Shown: positions 18,582 through 28,509, counted from the first letter of the stretch. The stretch: DNA of 64,000 nt from Candidatus Woesearchaeota archaeon (GCA_018263355.1 JAANXH010000043.1:443-64442); one strand, 5' to 3'. Made by a program: numbers and translations. Notes: a model not told the origin generated them from the sequence alone.

Positions 18582-20333
18582 ATGACTCGAATTGCAGTTG
18601 TTGAAAAGGAGAAATGCAACCCTAAAAAATGCGGGGATTGGCTTTGTGTTAGATTATGCCCTGTTAACAGAACTGGAGAAGAATGCATTGTTAAAGGTAA
18701 TGATCAAAAGGCGAAGATTGATGAAAAACTATGTACTGGTTGTGGAATCTGTCCTCAGCGCTGTCCTTTTGGTGCAATTCATATTATTAATCTGCCTGAA
18801 CAGTTAACTCAAGAACCAATTCATAGATTTGGTGAAAATTCTTTTGCTTTGTATTCTCTGCCAACACCTATGTTTGGAAAGGTTGTGGGGATTTTAGGAA
18901 GAAATGGAATTGGTAAGTCTACAGCTGTAGAGATTCTTTCAGGATTGCTAAAACCAAATTTAGGTAATATTGGACAAAAAGCAGATATTGATAATCTTAT
19001 TGAGTATTTTAAAGGTAGTGAAGCACAAAAGTTTTTTGAAAATATTAGAGATGAAAAGATTGTAGTTAGTTTCAAACCCCAAAAAGTAGATGCTATTCCT
19101 GACCAGTATCAAGGTAAGGTAAAAGATCTTTTGGAACGTGTTGATGAAAAAAACGAGTTAGATAAGGTGGCTGTAAAACTTGATCTTACAAAAATATTAG
19201 ATAATGATATTGGCAATATTTCTGGGGGTGAACTACAGAGAGTTGCGATTGCGGCAGCTGTATTGAAAAAAGCTAATCTTTATGTTTTTGATGAGCCAAC
19301 TTCTTATCTTGATATTAAGCAAAGAATCAAAGTTAGTAAGTTTATTAAAGAGCTAGCAGATGATGATACTGCTGTTTTGGTTGTTGAACATGACCTTATA
19401 ATTCTTGATTATATGACTGATCTTGTGCATATTATGTATGGTAAGCAGGCAGTTTATGGTATTGTAAGTAAGCCAATGACTACAAAAGCTGGGATTAATA
19501 TTTATCTTGAAGGCTATTTAAAAGAAGAAAACATCAGATTTAGGGATTCAAAAATCAAGTTTATTGAGAAAGCTCCAACTAAACAAGCTAAACAAAACTC
19601 TTTAGTTAAGTGGGATGATATTTACAAAAGACTAGGTAAATTTGAGCTTACTGCAAAATCTGGAGAATTAGAAAATAAAAAGGTTATTGGTGTTGTTGGA
19701 GAAAATGCTATTGGTAAGACTAGTTTTGTCAAGATCTTGGCTGGAGCTCTTGAATCTGATAAAGGAAATATTCTTGGAGATATTAAAGTGAGTTATAAGC
19801 CCCAGTATTTGGAATCCACAGACCAGCTTGTTGCTGTGGTTTTAAGAGATGCTATGAAGCACAAAGCACAGTTAATTACTCCTTTGGATATTGAACCATT
19901 AATGCAAAAAAAACTTTCAGAACTTTCTGGAGGTGAACTGCAAAGAGTTGCTATTTGTGCTTGCCTAGCAAAAGATGCAGATTTATACCTACTTGATGAG
20001 CCTTCTGCTTATCTGGATGTTGAGCAAAGATTAAACGTGTCTAAAGTTTTAGGTAATGTTATTTCTAAAAGAGAAAAATCAGCTTTAGTTGTTGATCATG
20101 ATTTACTATTTATTGATTATATTTCAGAGCAGCTTTTGGTTTTTGATGGTGTTCCTGCTGAAAAAGGAGTTGTAAATGGACCATTTTCAATGCAAAAAGG
20201 TATGAATATGTTTTTAAAAGACCTAGGGATTACCTTTAGGCGAGATCCAGAAAGTAAAAGACCTAGAGCAAATAAACCAGAATCTGTTATGGATAGAAAA
20301 CAAAAATCAGAAAATAAGTTGTATTATACTTAA
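18582..20333 (+). CDS. rli1: ABCE1/Rli1 ribosome recycling ATPase
   Basis: N-terminal 2x4Fe-4S Cys motifs, two ABC domains with LSGGELQRVAI signatures, C-terminal TFRRD...RPRANK. Confidence 0.95.
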   Translation: MTRIAVVEKEKCNPKKCGDWLCVRLCPVNRTGEECIVKGNDQKAKIDEKLCTGCGICPQRCPFGAIHIINLPEQLTQEPIHRFGENSFALYSLPTPMFGKVVGILGRNGIGKSTAVEILSGLLKPNLGNIGQKADIDNLIEYFKGSEAQKFFENIRDEKIVVSFKPQKVDAIPDQYQGKVKDLLERVDEKNELDKVAVKLDLTKILDNDIGNISGGELQRVAIAAAVLKKANLYVFDEPTSYLDIKQRIKVSKFIKELADDDTAVLVVEHDLIILDYMTDLVHIMYGKQAVYGIVSKPMTTKAGINIYLEGYLKEENIRFRDSKIKFIEKAPTKQAKQNSLVKWDDIYKRLGKFELTAKSGELENKKVIGVVGENAIGKTSFVKILAGALESDKGNILGDIKVSYKPQYLESTDQLVAVVLRDAMKHKAQLITPLDIEPLMQKKLSELSGGELQRVAICACLAKDADLYLLDEPSAYLDVEQRLNVSKVLGNVISKREKSALVVDHDLLFIDYISEQLLVFDGVPAEKGVVNGPFSMQKGMNMFLKDLGITFRRDPESKRPRANKPESVMDRKQKSENKLYYT

Positions 20334-21419
20334 AATCTGTTTCCTGTAGAAAACAATAACTCCAGTTACGACTATAAAAAAGGAGATTAAAAATCCCATT
20401 ATTTTGTTAGATTTTTTCACTATAAATTGTTTATTAATTATATTTGAAGATTCTCCATTGTACAAGATAGAACCAACCAGATGATATTTTCCTGATGAAG
20501 GTACTTCATAGTTTAGGGTTAGGTACTTTTCTTGACTGGGTGCAAGCAATAACAAATCACTTTCAATTATGTCTAATGGTTGATTGTTTCTATTTAACTT
20601 ACCCTGAAATCTTGCTTTTAATGGAACTTTTCCAGTATTTTTGACAATTGAGTTTATTTGAATTTTTTCTTTGTTTTGGATGATTTGCATATCTTTTATT
20701 CTTCCCTCTTTAGAAAAGTATCCCAGAGGATAAACATTGAACACTAGCTCTTGATATTTTATTGGTTTATCTAGACTTACTTGCACTTTTGCAGTGTGGC
20801 TGCCAAGAAAAAGCTTATCTGTGCTCCGGTTTATTCTTATTTGCTGTCTGGAATTTGGCAGGATGTAATCTGTTTCAAATCTAAATTCATCTATTGTTAT
20901 ATTATTTTTTTGCAGTAGAAAATAGATGTCTGGTTTAACTTTCACATTCCCTTTATTATACAGTTGAATACCAAAGATTAACAGATTATTTTGCTCAGCA
21001 TCATTGACATTGATTTTTTCAACCAGTAAGTTGATTAGCTGCTTTCCACTAATTTTGATTTTTGATTTTATTGAGATTCCAGTGTTAAAACTAACTCCTT
21101 TTTTATCTGGATTGTCAAAGGAGACTGTAATAAATTTTATATATTCTCCATTTGGAGCATCTGTGCTTACAATAGCTTCAATTTCTTTTGTCTGTTTTGA
21201 TTTAATTACTCCTTTTGGCTCTGAAAATTCAAACCAATCTCCTTGAATATAATAACTAACTTGATAATTCGAAGGATTAATTATTCTAAAGTATGTTTTT
21301 GCTTTTTGTCCCCTGTGTAGATTAATTTCCAGTTTTGAGGGAGATACTCCTATTGACTGACCAAAAACACCTGGCAAAATTGCCAGGCTAAGCAACAGCA
21401 TTAAGATATATTTCTCCAT
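20307..21419 (-). CDS. Secreted/membrane-anchored Ig-like surface protein
   Basis: Signal peptide, GVSPS motif, C-terminal TM plus basic tail; start moved from 21440 to MEKYIL. Confidence 0.7.
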   Translation of the reverse strand: MEKYILMLLLSLAILPGVFGQSIGVSPSKLEINLHRGQKAKTYFRIINPSNYQVSYYIQGDWFEFSEPKGVIKSKQTKEIEAIVSTDAPNGEYIKFITVSFDNPDKKGVSFNTGISIKSKIKISGKQLINLLVEKINVNDAEQNNLLIFGIQLYNKGNVKVKPDIYFLLQKNNITIDEFRFETDYILPNSRQQIRINRSTDKLFLGSHTAKVQVSLDKPIKYQELVFNVYPLGYFSKEGRIKDMQIIQNKEKIQINSIVKNTGKVPLKARFQGKLNRNNQPLDIIESDLLLLAPSQEKYLTLNYEVPSSGKYHLVGSILYNGESSNIINKQFIVKKSNKIMGFLISFFIVVTGVIVFYRKQILSIIQLIF

Positions 21420-22665
21420 TGTAATTGCCTGTTGTTGCACTTTGAGGTATTTGTAAACCTATGCTTAACTCTCGCAGTGAAGATAATCCATAATTAAGTC
21501 CTAAATTGACTCTTTGGGAATTTTTACTCAAAACTCCAGCATACTCTGATTCAAAGTCATTGTCCAAAAAAGAATATTTCATATTTTCAACTGCTATTGT
21601 GTCAAATATTGAATTAAGATCAGTAGCCCTTATCTCAAAGTCAAGCTGTGTATTTCCTATGTTTCTGATTGTTGGGTTAGGTGTTGTCATGTTGTGGTCT
21701 CCCAGCACCTCAAGATAAGAACCAGATTTCCCGCTGAAGTTGATTTCAGGAGTGTCAATTTCAAAAGCAGCTATCTCTAAATATTCAAAATGTTTTTCTT
21801 CTGTTATGTTATTTCCTGCTGCATCTTCCACTGAAAGGCTAACTGAGTAATTATCAGAACTCAAATAATAATTTAGAGGAATTTGTAAACTGTATTGGGC
21901 AGTAGTTGTGTTTATTTCCTGCTGCATTTGCATCTGATATTGACTTTGATCAAACCAGATTTCAGGTGTTTCCATGTCCTGGTCAAAATCAGTAATATTT
22001 GCTTGTGCTGTCAGATATTTTGTATTTCCAGGATTTGGAAGAATTTGAATTCCCAGGTTAGCAGACTCATCAGGATAAATTAAAAATTGTTCTATTTTTG
22101 GAGGATTGCTTTCAACATTAATATTAAGTTCTATTTTTGTTCCTAATCTTGCTCTAGAATTTTGTGGAATTGGTAATTGCTCAGAAAAATCAAAACTATT
22201 ATTGTCTGTATCAATAAGGTTATTTCTTGCAAGACTATAACCTTCATCAACATCAATAGCAGGACCTGCTTCAAATATTAATGAATTACCCCATCCAACT
22301 GCATCAACAATATTATTGAAGTTATCTAATAACTGGACTCCTGAATCTGTATTTGGCAGGCTGATTTCTTCTGTATGATCTGGCGCTGGCCATTCCTCAA
22401 GCCATACCTGTGTATCATCTTCATCAGCTATCAGAAAAGAAGTGTTAGAGTCTAAAAAAGTATTTTCAGGAATCTCAGCCTGCACTCTTGTGGTGTTAAG
22501 TTTCCAGTCGCTTATATTTACAGATTCTCCAGGATTATAGATTTCTACAAATTCAGTATCTGATTCTGACAGTTCTGGATCATAATGAACTTCAGTTATT
22601 ATTATGTTTGCCGACGCAAAAGGTATTATCAGCAGTATTATTAAGATTATTTTTTTCATACACAA
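21388..22665 (-). CDS. Lamin-tail-domain surface protein
   Basis: Signal peptide then IIITEVHYDP....EFVEIYN, L.N..D.V.L, and S.AR motifs. Confidence 0.75.
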   Translation of the reverse strand: MCMKKIILIILLIIPFASANIIITEVHYDPELSESDTEFVEIYNPGESVNISDWKLNTTRVQAEIPENTFLDSNTSFLIADEDDTQVWLEEWPAPDHTEEISLPNTDSGVQLLDNFNNIVDAVGWGNSLIFEAGPAIDVDEGYSLARNNLIDTDNNSFDFSEQLPIPQNSRARLGTKIELNINVESNPPKIEQFLIYPDESANLGIQILPNPGNTKYLTAQANITDFDQDMETPEIWFDQSQYQMQMQQEINTTTAQYSLQIPLNYYLSSDNYSVSLSVEDAAGNNITEEKHFEYLEIAAFEIDTPEINFSGKSGSYLEVLGDHNMTTPNPTIRNIGNTQLDFEIRATDLNSIFDTIAVENMKYSFLDNDFESEYAGVLSKNSQRVNLGLNYGLSSLRELSIGLQIPQSATTGNYNGEIYLNAVA

Positions 22666-22882
22666 AATTGTTATATAGAATTTAAAATGATTTATGGTAA
22701 CTTTACCGGAAGATTTACGAGTTGTACTTATGATTTAAAAATCTAGCTTTTCAAATTCAATTAATACAAATCTTTTAATAAAATTCATAACATTTATAAC
22801 TAATAACTAAATAAAAACTAATAGAAATATATTAATATTAGAATTACTATTGGAAGAATAACTAAAAAGGGGTGTTATTAAA

Positions 22883-24154
22883 ATGAATAAAATAATTTTG
22901 TGCTTCTTACTTTTTTCAATATTATTTATGGTTGGATGTAAAACAGGGAATATAGTTGTTGCTAGAACACGGGGAGTTAATGCTGAAAAAATAGAAGAAG
23001 TTGTTAGCGGCAACAATAAATTTGCTTTTGATTTGTATGATGAATATAAATCTAGTGATGAAAATATTTTATTCTCACCTTATGTTATCTCAAATGCTTT
23101 AGCTATGACTCACGAAGGTGCTCGAGGACAAACTGCTCAAGAAATACAATCTGTTTTGTATCTCCCAAAAAAAGATATAAGAAGACCTGCTTATGCTAAA
23201 ATATTTAATTCTTTGAGAAAAAGAAAGAAATATGAAATTTCTACTGCGAATGCTATATGGGTTCAAAAGGATTATACTTTGACTAATGAATATTCTAAAG
23301 TATCTGTTAGATATTATGGAGGTAGAACTGAGAATGTTAATTTTGCTGAAAATAACACAAAGAGAAAGTTAGATAGATTTATTGAAGGAGAAACAAGTGG
23401 GTACATAAAAGAAATTATTCCTGAAAAATCTATTGGACCAAAAACCAAAATGGTATTAACCAATGCTATTTACTTTAATTTTATTTTGTCTGATAATATC
23501 TATAGAAAAAATACATCAAAAAAAGAATTTGTAACCCTAGATAACTCAAAAGTAGATGTTCCAATGATGAGCTTGACTGGAATTGAAGCTAATCTTAAAT
23601 TTGGAGAGAATAAAGATATTCAGATAATTAAACTACCATATAAAAATAAAGTAGTACTTACCTACTTTGCACCAAATATGCAGATATTTGAACTACCTTA
23701 TGGAAATAAAACATTATCCACATATATAATCTTACCTAAACAGGGCTTAGCTGAAGTTGAGTCTAAACTAAATCCTAAAAACTTTAAATTATGGAAACAG
23801 ATGATGAAAAAACAAGATATAAACATATATATTCCCAGATTTGAATTAGAATCTGACCAATCTATGATTCCAGCTTTGAAAAATATGGGTATGTCTAATG
23901 CATTATCAGAAAATGCAGATTTTTCTGGAATTGATGGTTCAAAAAACCTTTTTATTAATGATATTTTTCATAAAGTTTTAATTAATTTCAATGAAACAGG
24001 AATCACACCAGTTAAATTTGCTCCAATACAATCAAATACAACATCAAACAGGTCAGTAACTACATTTAATGCAGATCATGCTTTTTTATTTATTATACAA
24101 GATGAAAAGACTGGTCTAATATTACTTATGGGAAGAGTATCTGATCCTAGCTAA
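22883..24154 (+). CDS. Serpin family protein with lipoprotein-type signal
   Basis: NNKFAFDLY, NILFSPY, LTNAIYF, LPY, F.ADHAFLFII...ILLMGRV motifs; lipobox-like VGC. Confidence 0.9.
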   Translation: MNKIILCFLLFSILFMVGCKTGNIVVARTRGVNAEKIEEVVSGNNKFAFDLYDEYKSSDENILFSPYVISNALAMTHEGARGQTAQEIQSVLYLPKKDIRRPAYAKIFNSLRKRKKYEISTANAIWVQKDYTLTNEYSKVSVRYYGGRTENVNFAENNTKRKLDRFIEGETSGYIKEIIPEKSIGPKTKMVLTNAIYFNFILSDNIYRKNTSKKEFVTLDNSKVDVPMMSLTGIEANLKFGENKDIQIIKLPYKNKVVLTYFAPNMQIFELPYGNKTLSTYIILPKQGLAEVESKLNPKNFKLWKQMMKKQDINIYIPRFELESDQSMIPALKNMGMSNALSENADFSGIDGSKNLFINDIFHKVLINFNETGITPVKFAPIQSNTTSNRSVTTFNADHAFLFIIQDEKTGLILLMGRVSDPS

Positions 24155-24165
24155 GGAAGGGTTTA

Positions 24166-25071
24166 TTATTTTTTTAAAGAAGCTAGATATCTGGCTGCTT
24201 TAATTAATGCCATTGCACCTTGGCCTGCAGAAATGACATATTGATATTCATGACCTGATGCACAATCCCCTGCTGCATAAATTCCAGGAACAGAAGTCTG
24301 AGTTTGACAGTCTATTTGTATATGGCCATGTTTGTCTAATTTCAAAAACCCTTTAACAAAATCTGTGCTGGGATTTCTTCCAATTTCTATTATCACACCT
24401 TGAACATTAATTGATTTTTCCTTGCCTTGTTTTTTATATTTTAAACCATTAACTAGTTTACTTCCTATTATCTCTGTTGTTTGTGCATTGTAGATAATTT
24501 TTACTTTGTCATTTGATTTGATATTCTCAATTAAATACTCATGACCTTTTAATTTATCAGCTTTAACAATTAAGTAGATTTTGGATGCAATATCTTTTAA
24601 AAAATCAACTGCTTCCATTGCAGAATCTCCCCCTCCAATAACTGCAACATCCATTCCTGAAAATAATGGTCCATCACAAATAGAGCAGTATGTTACTCCC
24701 TTATTTGTAAATTCTTTTTCTCCAGGCACATTTAGCTTTCTTGGTCTTGAGCCTGTTGCAATTATCACTGTTTTTGTTTCATATTGCTGATTTTCACCAA
24801 TAACAATAAAATGATTGTCTTGTTTTTTTATTTGCTTAACATATTCTTCTTTGACTTTTATGTTATTTACCTGCATTTGTTTTTGCATGGTTTTACTAAG
24901 CTCTGTACCTGTAGTTTCAACAATACCTGGATAATTAAGAATCTCACCACTAATCATGAACTGGCCACCAAATTCTTTTGCCAGTATTTCATACTTCATT
25001 CTCTTTCTGGAAGCATATATGGCTGCAGTCATTCCAGCCATACCAGCCCCAATTATTATTGTGTCATACAT
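24166..25071 (-). CDS. trxB: Thioredoxin reductase
   Basis: GAGMAG, GVTYCSICDG, GGGDSA, TSVPGIYAAGD. Confidence 0.9.
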   Translation of the reverse strand: MYDTIIIGAGMAGMTAAIYASRKRMKYEILAKEFGGQFMISGEILNYPGIVETTGTELSKTMQKQMQVNNIKVKEEYVKQIKKQDNHFIVIGENQQYETKTVIIATGSRPRKLNVPGEKEFTNKGVTYCSICDGPLFSGMDVAVIGGGDSAMEAVDFLKDIASKIYLIVKADKLKGHEYLIENIKSNDKVKIIYNAQTTEIIGSKLVNGLKYKKQGKEKSINVQGVIIEIGRNPSTDFVKGFLKLDKHGHIQIDCQTQTSVPGIYAAGDCASGHEYQYVISAGQGAMALIKAARYLASLKK

Positions 25072-25076
25072 TTGTC

Positions 25077-25313
25077 TTAATCAAGTTTAAGCAGCTGGTC
25101 GATTTTGGATTTATTAAAACCAACTATTACTTCATCATCTATCATAATAACTGGAACTCCCATTTGTCCTGATTTTTCAACCATTTCTTTTCTAGCTTCT
25201 AGATCTTCTGCCACATTCTTTGCTTCAAATTCTATTTTTTTTTCTTTGAAGTAATCTTTTGCTTTAGTGCACCAAGGACAGGTTGGTGTTGAAAAAACTT
25301 TAACTTTTGCCAT
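25077..25313 (-). CDS. Glutaredoxin (NrdH/YruB-like)
   Basis: CPWC active site, GVPVI, VGF. Confidence 0.9.
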   Translation of the reverse strand: MAKVKVFSTPTCPWCTKAKDYFKEKKIEFEAKNVAEDLEARKEMVEKSGQMGVPVIMIDDEVIVGFNKSKIDQLLKLD

Positions 25314-25315
25314 TT

Positions 25316-25414
25316 TTACCTCCTTGTGAATACTTCACATTCACACTTCTCTTCATTACATTTACATACTGTACATATTAATTTTTCCCCTACTTTTGTG
25401 CATGCTTCCTTCAT
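25316..25414 (-). CDS. Small Cys-rich peptide (32 aa)
   Basis: Not in track. MKEACTKVGEKLICTVCKCNEEKCECEVFTRR, six Cys, GGGGTGA RBS 4 nt upstream, stop overlaps the glutaredoxin RBS. Confidence 0.6.
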   Translation of the reverse strand: MKEACTKVGEKLICTVCKCNEEKCECEVFTRR

Positions 25415-25424
25415 GATTTCACCC

Positions 25425-25512
25425 CATTACATTCAGTTCCTGAGTTGCTCTAGCAACTAATCTCACTTCGCTTTGCTTCGTTCGTGAGTTGCTCTAGCAA
25501 CTAATCTCACTT
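25425..25512. repeat. Stand-alone tandem 44-bp-period hairpin module
   Basis: TGAGTTGCTCTAGCAACTAATCTCACTT at 25441 and 25485; the same module at the same period lies inside elements A (1459/1503) and B (31639/31683). Confidence 0.8.
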
Positions 25513-25992
25513 TCTTTTACTTAATCTCCTATCTAAAACCATTAATGCAGGTTTCGTCTGTCCAACCATTTTTAATTTTTGCACTATCTCATCTGCAGAA
25601 GCTTCTTCTTCAACTTGTTCTTCTACAAACCATTGCAAAAAGTTTTCAGTTGCATGGTCTTTTTGTTCTCGTGCTAAATCAACTAGAAAATTAATTCTTT
25701 TTGAAATATGCAGCTCATGATTATAAGCAGCTTTCATTGTCTCTAATGGATTATCCCATTTGAAATTTGGTTTTTTTATCTCTGCAAGTTTCACTCTGGC
25801 TCCTCTCTCATTAATATAACTGAATATTTTCATTGCATGCTCTATTTCTTCATCTGCTTGTTTTCTCATCCAGTGTCCAAATCCACTTAAACTAAGGGAT
25901 TCAAAATAAGCAGACATGGATAGATAAATATAAGCTGATGCTAATTCTTCGTTTATCTGATTGTTTAACTCTTCTAATACTTTTTTGTTCAT
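25507..25992 (-). CDS. ftn: Non-heme ferritin
   Basis: QINEELASAYIYLSMS, EE.EHA, FLQWFVEEQVEEE ferroxidase motifs. Confidence 0.92.
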   Translation of the reverse strand: MNKKVLEELNNQINEELASAYIYLSMSAYFESLSLSGFGHWMRKQADEEIEHAMKIFSYINERGARVKLAEIKKPNFKWDNPLETMKAAYNHELHISKRINFLVDLAREQKDHATENFLQWFVEEQVEEEASADEIVQKLKMVGQTKPALMVLDRRLSKRK

Positions 25993-26003
25993 TTTGACCT
26001 CCT

Positions 26004-26555
26004 TTAATCAGTTTTTATTGTATCTTGTCCTGGCTCCCAATTTACAGGGCATACAGATCCTGAATGTTTGCTAATGAATTTTGCAGCTTTTATTTTCCTA
26101 AGAATCTCTGGTATGCTCCTTCCCATACCATTATCATGAAACTCAAATGCTCTTATATTCTGCTCAGGGTCTATAATAAATGTTGCTCTAATACTTAAAC
26201 CCTCATTTTGAATTAATGTGTCATACGCTTTTGTGACCCTTGTTGCTGGGTCTGCAAGCATAGGATATTTTATCTTGGCTATAGCCTCTGAATTTTCATG
26301 CCATGCTTTGTGTACAAAGGCTGTATCTGTACTTACACTTATGACTTCTGCATCTAATTTTTTGAAATCTTCATATCTGTTTGCTAATTCTTCTAATTCT
26401 GTTGGACAAACAAATGTAAAGTCAGCTGGATAAAAAAACAATACTATCCATTTACCTTTGTAATCATCTAAGCCAATTTTTTTTATTTTTCCATTTACAA
26501 AAGCATCCTCTCTAAATTGCGGCGCTTTATCTCCTATTTTAATCATTTTTTCCAC
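26004..26555 (-). CDS. ahpC: 2-Cys peroxiredoxin
   Basis: FYPADFTFVCPTE and VCP motifs. Confidence 0.92.
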   Translation of the reverse strand: MEKMIKIGDKAPQFREDAFVNGKIKKIGLDDYKGKWIVLFFYPADFTFVCPTELEELANRYEDFKKLDAEVISVSTDTAFVHKAWHENSEAIAKIKYPMLADPATRVTKAYDTLIQNEGLSIRATFIIDPEQNIRAFEFHDNGMGRSIPEILRKIKAAKFISKHSGSVCPVNWEPGQDTIKTD

Positions 26556-26556
26556 C

Positions 26557-26805
26557 TCAAAATTCTATCTTAATCTTTCCTTGTTTTATTTTGCATTGAC
26601 ATGCTAATCTTTGGTTATTATCCATATCCATTTCTTTTTTTGTTAATTTATTTAGGTTTTCTGCTCCCTCAAGCACATTGATTTTACATGAGCCATAAAA
26701 ACCTGAGTAGCAGCCAAAGACAACTCCCAATTTTTCACAAACTGGGGTGATTTTACTGTTATCTTTGACTTCTATCTCTTTTTCGTTTGCAATTATTGTT
26801 GCCAT
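26557..26805 (-). CDS. 2Fe-2S ferredoxin-like protein (one Cys ligand replaced by Tyr)
   Basis: FGCYSGFYGSC and RLACQ motifs. Confidence 0.75.
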   Translation of the reverse strand: MATIIANEKEIEVKDNSKITPVCEKLGVVFGCYSGFYGSCKINVLEGAENLNKLTKKEMDMDNNQRLACQCKIKQGKIKIEF

Positions 26806-27395
26806 TTTTCAAGATTTTTATCAACTGCTTGCCAGTTGATTATCTTAAAGAAATTCTCAACATATTCTGCTCTTTTGTTTTGATAGTTAAGGTAATATGC
26901 ATGTTCCCAAACATCAAGCAATAACAAAGGTTTTAGCCCTTTTGTTAATGGATTGTCTTGGTTTGGAGTGTTCATTACCTTTAGCTTATCTTTATCTAAA
27001 ACAAGCCATGCCCACCCACTTCCAAATCTGCTTAGTGCTACCTTTGTAAACTCTTGTTTGAATTTATCAAAACTACCAAACTGATCTTTAATCATTTCAG
27101 CGGTTTTTCCTGTAAATTCCTGATCTTTTTTTAGAATTTTCCAGAACATAGAGTGGTTTAAATGTCCTCCTCCTGCTCTTCTCACAGTTGTTTTAATCTC
27201 TTGTGGAACCTGATCTAGATTTTTTATTAATTCCACCACTTCTTTTTTTTGCAGTTCAGGATTGTTTTCCAAAGCTTTGTTAAACTTGTTGAAATAACCC
27301 TGGTGATGCTTAGAATGATGTATCCTCATTGTTTTCTCATCTATATATGGTTCTAATGCATCGTATGCATAATCTAATTTTTTTATTTTAGCCAT
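26793..27395 (-). CDS. sod: Fe/Mn superoxide dismutase
   Basis: YDALEP, HHSKHH, NHSMFW, FGSGW.WL, DVWEHAYY; ATG 27395 follows GGAGGTGA. Confidence 0.95.
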   Translation of the reverse strand: MAKIKKLDYAYDALEPYIDEKTMRIHHSKHHQGYFNKFNKALENNPELQKKEVVELIKNLDQVPQEIKTTVRRAGGGHLNHSMFWKILKKDQEFTGKTAEMIKDQFGSFDKFKQEFTKVALSRFGSGWAWLVLDKDKLKVMNTPNQDNPLTKGLKPLLLLDVWEHAYYLNYQNKRAEYVENFFKIINWQAVDKNLEKWQQ

Positions 27396-27470
27396 TTGAT
27401 TCACCTCCACATAAAAGTCCTGCAGGAAAAAGGTGCTAACCTACAGATACTTTTACTTATCTAATATTAT

Positions 27471-27611
27471 TTAATAATATACCATTTTTTGAAATAACTC
27501 TTTGTCAATTTCATTTATTATTGGATCTCTGTCAAATACTTTGTCCATTTTTGTTATTATCTCTGTTTGATCTATACATTTTCCTTTATTGCATTGAATT
27601 TTTTGTTTCAT
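27471..27611 (-). CDS. Small hypothetical protein (46 aa)
   Basis: Not in track. MKQKIQCNKGKCIDQTEII...MVYY with a GAGGTGA RBS; fills the gap between the DUF1858-like gene and sod. Confidence 0.45.
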   Translation of the reverse strand: MKQKIQCNKGKCIDQTEIITKMDKVFDRDPIINEIDKELFQKMVYY

Positions 27612-27840
27612 TTATAATCACCTCAAAGTTTGTTTTATGTATTAATGTTGATAGTTCAGTTGTTAATTTGTCAATATCAATTTCATATGATTTTGCGCAT
27701 TGCTCAACTGTTTCCCATGTTGCAATACAACAGCCCATACATGGAATACCATATTCAGATAGTATTTGCACAGACTTAGGATATTTTTTTATCAGATCTG
27801 CCATAATCATATTTTTTATCATCTTATGATATATTAACAA
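27586..27840 (-). CDS. DUF1858-like (hybrid-cluster-associated disulfide domain) protein
   Basis: ADLIKKYP.....L..YGIPCMGC..A..ET.E pattern. Confidence 0.75.
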   Translation of the reverse strand: MLIYHKMIKNMIMADLIKKYPKSVQILSEYGIPCMGCCIATWETVEQCAKSYEIDIDKLTTELSTLIHKTNFEVIINETKNSMQ

Positions 27841-27944
27841 TGAAAGATATATAAAAGTAACCCAGATATAATATAAGTTTAGTTCGTTATTGACCTATTA
27901 AATATAGGTAAAATATTTATATGAGAAGCTTTTTTATATAAATT

Positions 27945-28508
27945 ATGGTCAAAAAAAATAAAACTTTTTTAAGAATTCAAGAATTTGACAAAAAAATAGG
28001 GCTCAAAAAAAAACTGAATTTAGATAAGAGAGATAATGTAATTATATCAATGCTGCAGCAAAACCCAAATGTTTCACAAGAAGAGATAGGTAAAAAAATA
28101 AAACTTTCACAGCCTTCTGTTGGTGCAAGATTAAAAAAACTTGAAAACAAGGGAATTCTTCAAAGTATTAATGGAGTGAATTTCAGGGTTGTTGATTTAA
28201 GCCTTGGTTTGGTACAGGTAAATAGTACAGATACAGCTGCTATTATCAGTGAGTTTAAGGATTGTCCTTTTTTTCTTAATGCCCTAATTACTTCTGGTCA
28301 ACATAATTTAACATTATTGTTTATGGCTACTGACCTGAAAAGATTAGAAGGAATAGTAAATCATCATTTAAGGGGAAATTCCAAGGTAAAAGATGTACAG
28401 TTAAATATTGTGATTTCAACTGCTAAAGATTTTGTACTCCCACTTAATATTGATTATGAAAACAAGGATCAGTTAGAATGTAATCAGGACTGTGAGCATT
28501 GTATATAA
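27945..28508 (+). CDS. Lrp/AsnC regulator with Cys-rich tail, divergent from the redox operon
   Basis: LDKRD..II..L, LSQPSVGARLKKLE HTH; C-terminal CNQDCEHC. Confidence 0.85.
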   Translation: MVKKNKTFLRIQEFDKKIGLKKKLNLDKRDNVIISMLQQNPNVSQEEIGKKIKLSQPSVGARLKKLENKGILQSINGVNFRVVDLSLGLVQVNSTDTAAIISEFKDCPFFLNALITSGQHNLTLLFMATDLKRLEGIVNHHLRGNSKVKDVQLNIVISTAKDFVLPLNIDYENKDQLECNQDCEHCI

Positions 28509-28509
28509 G

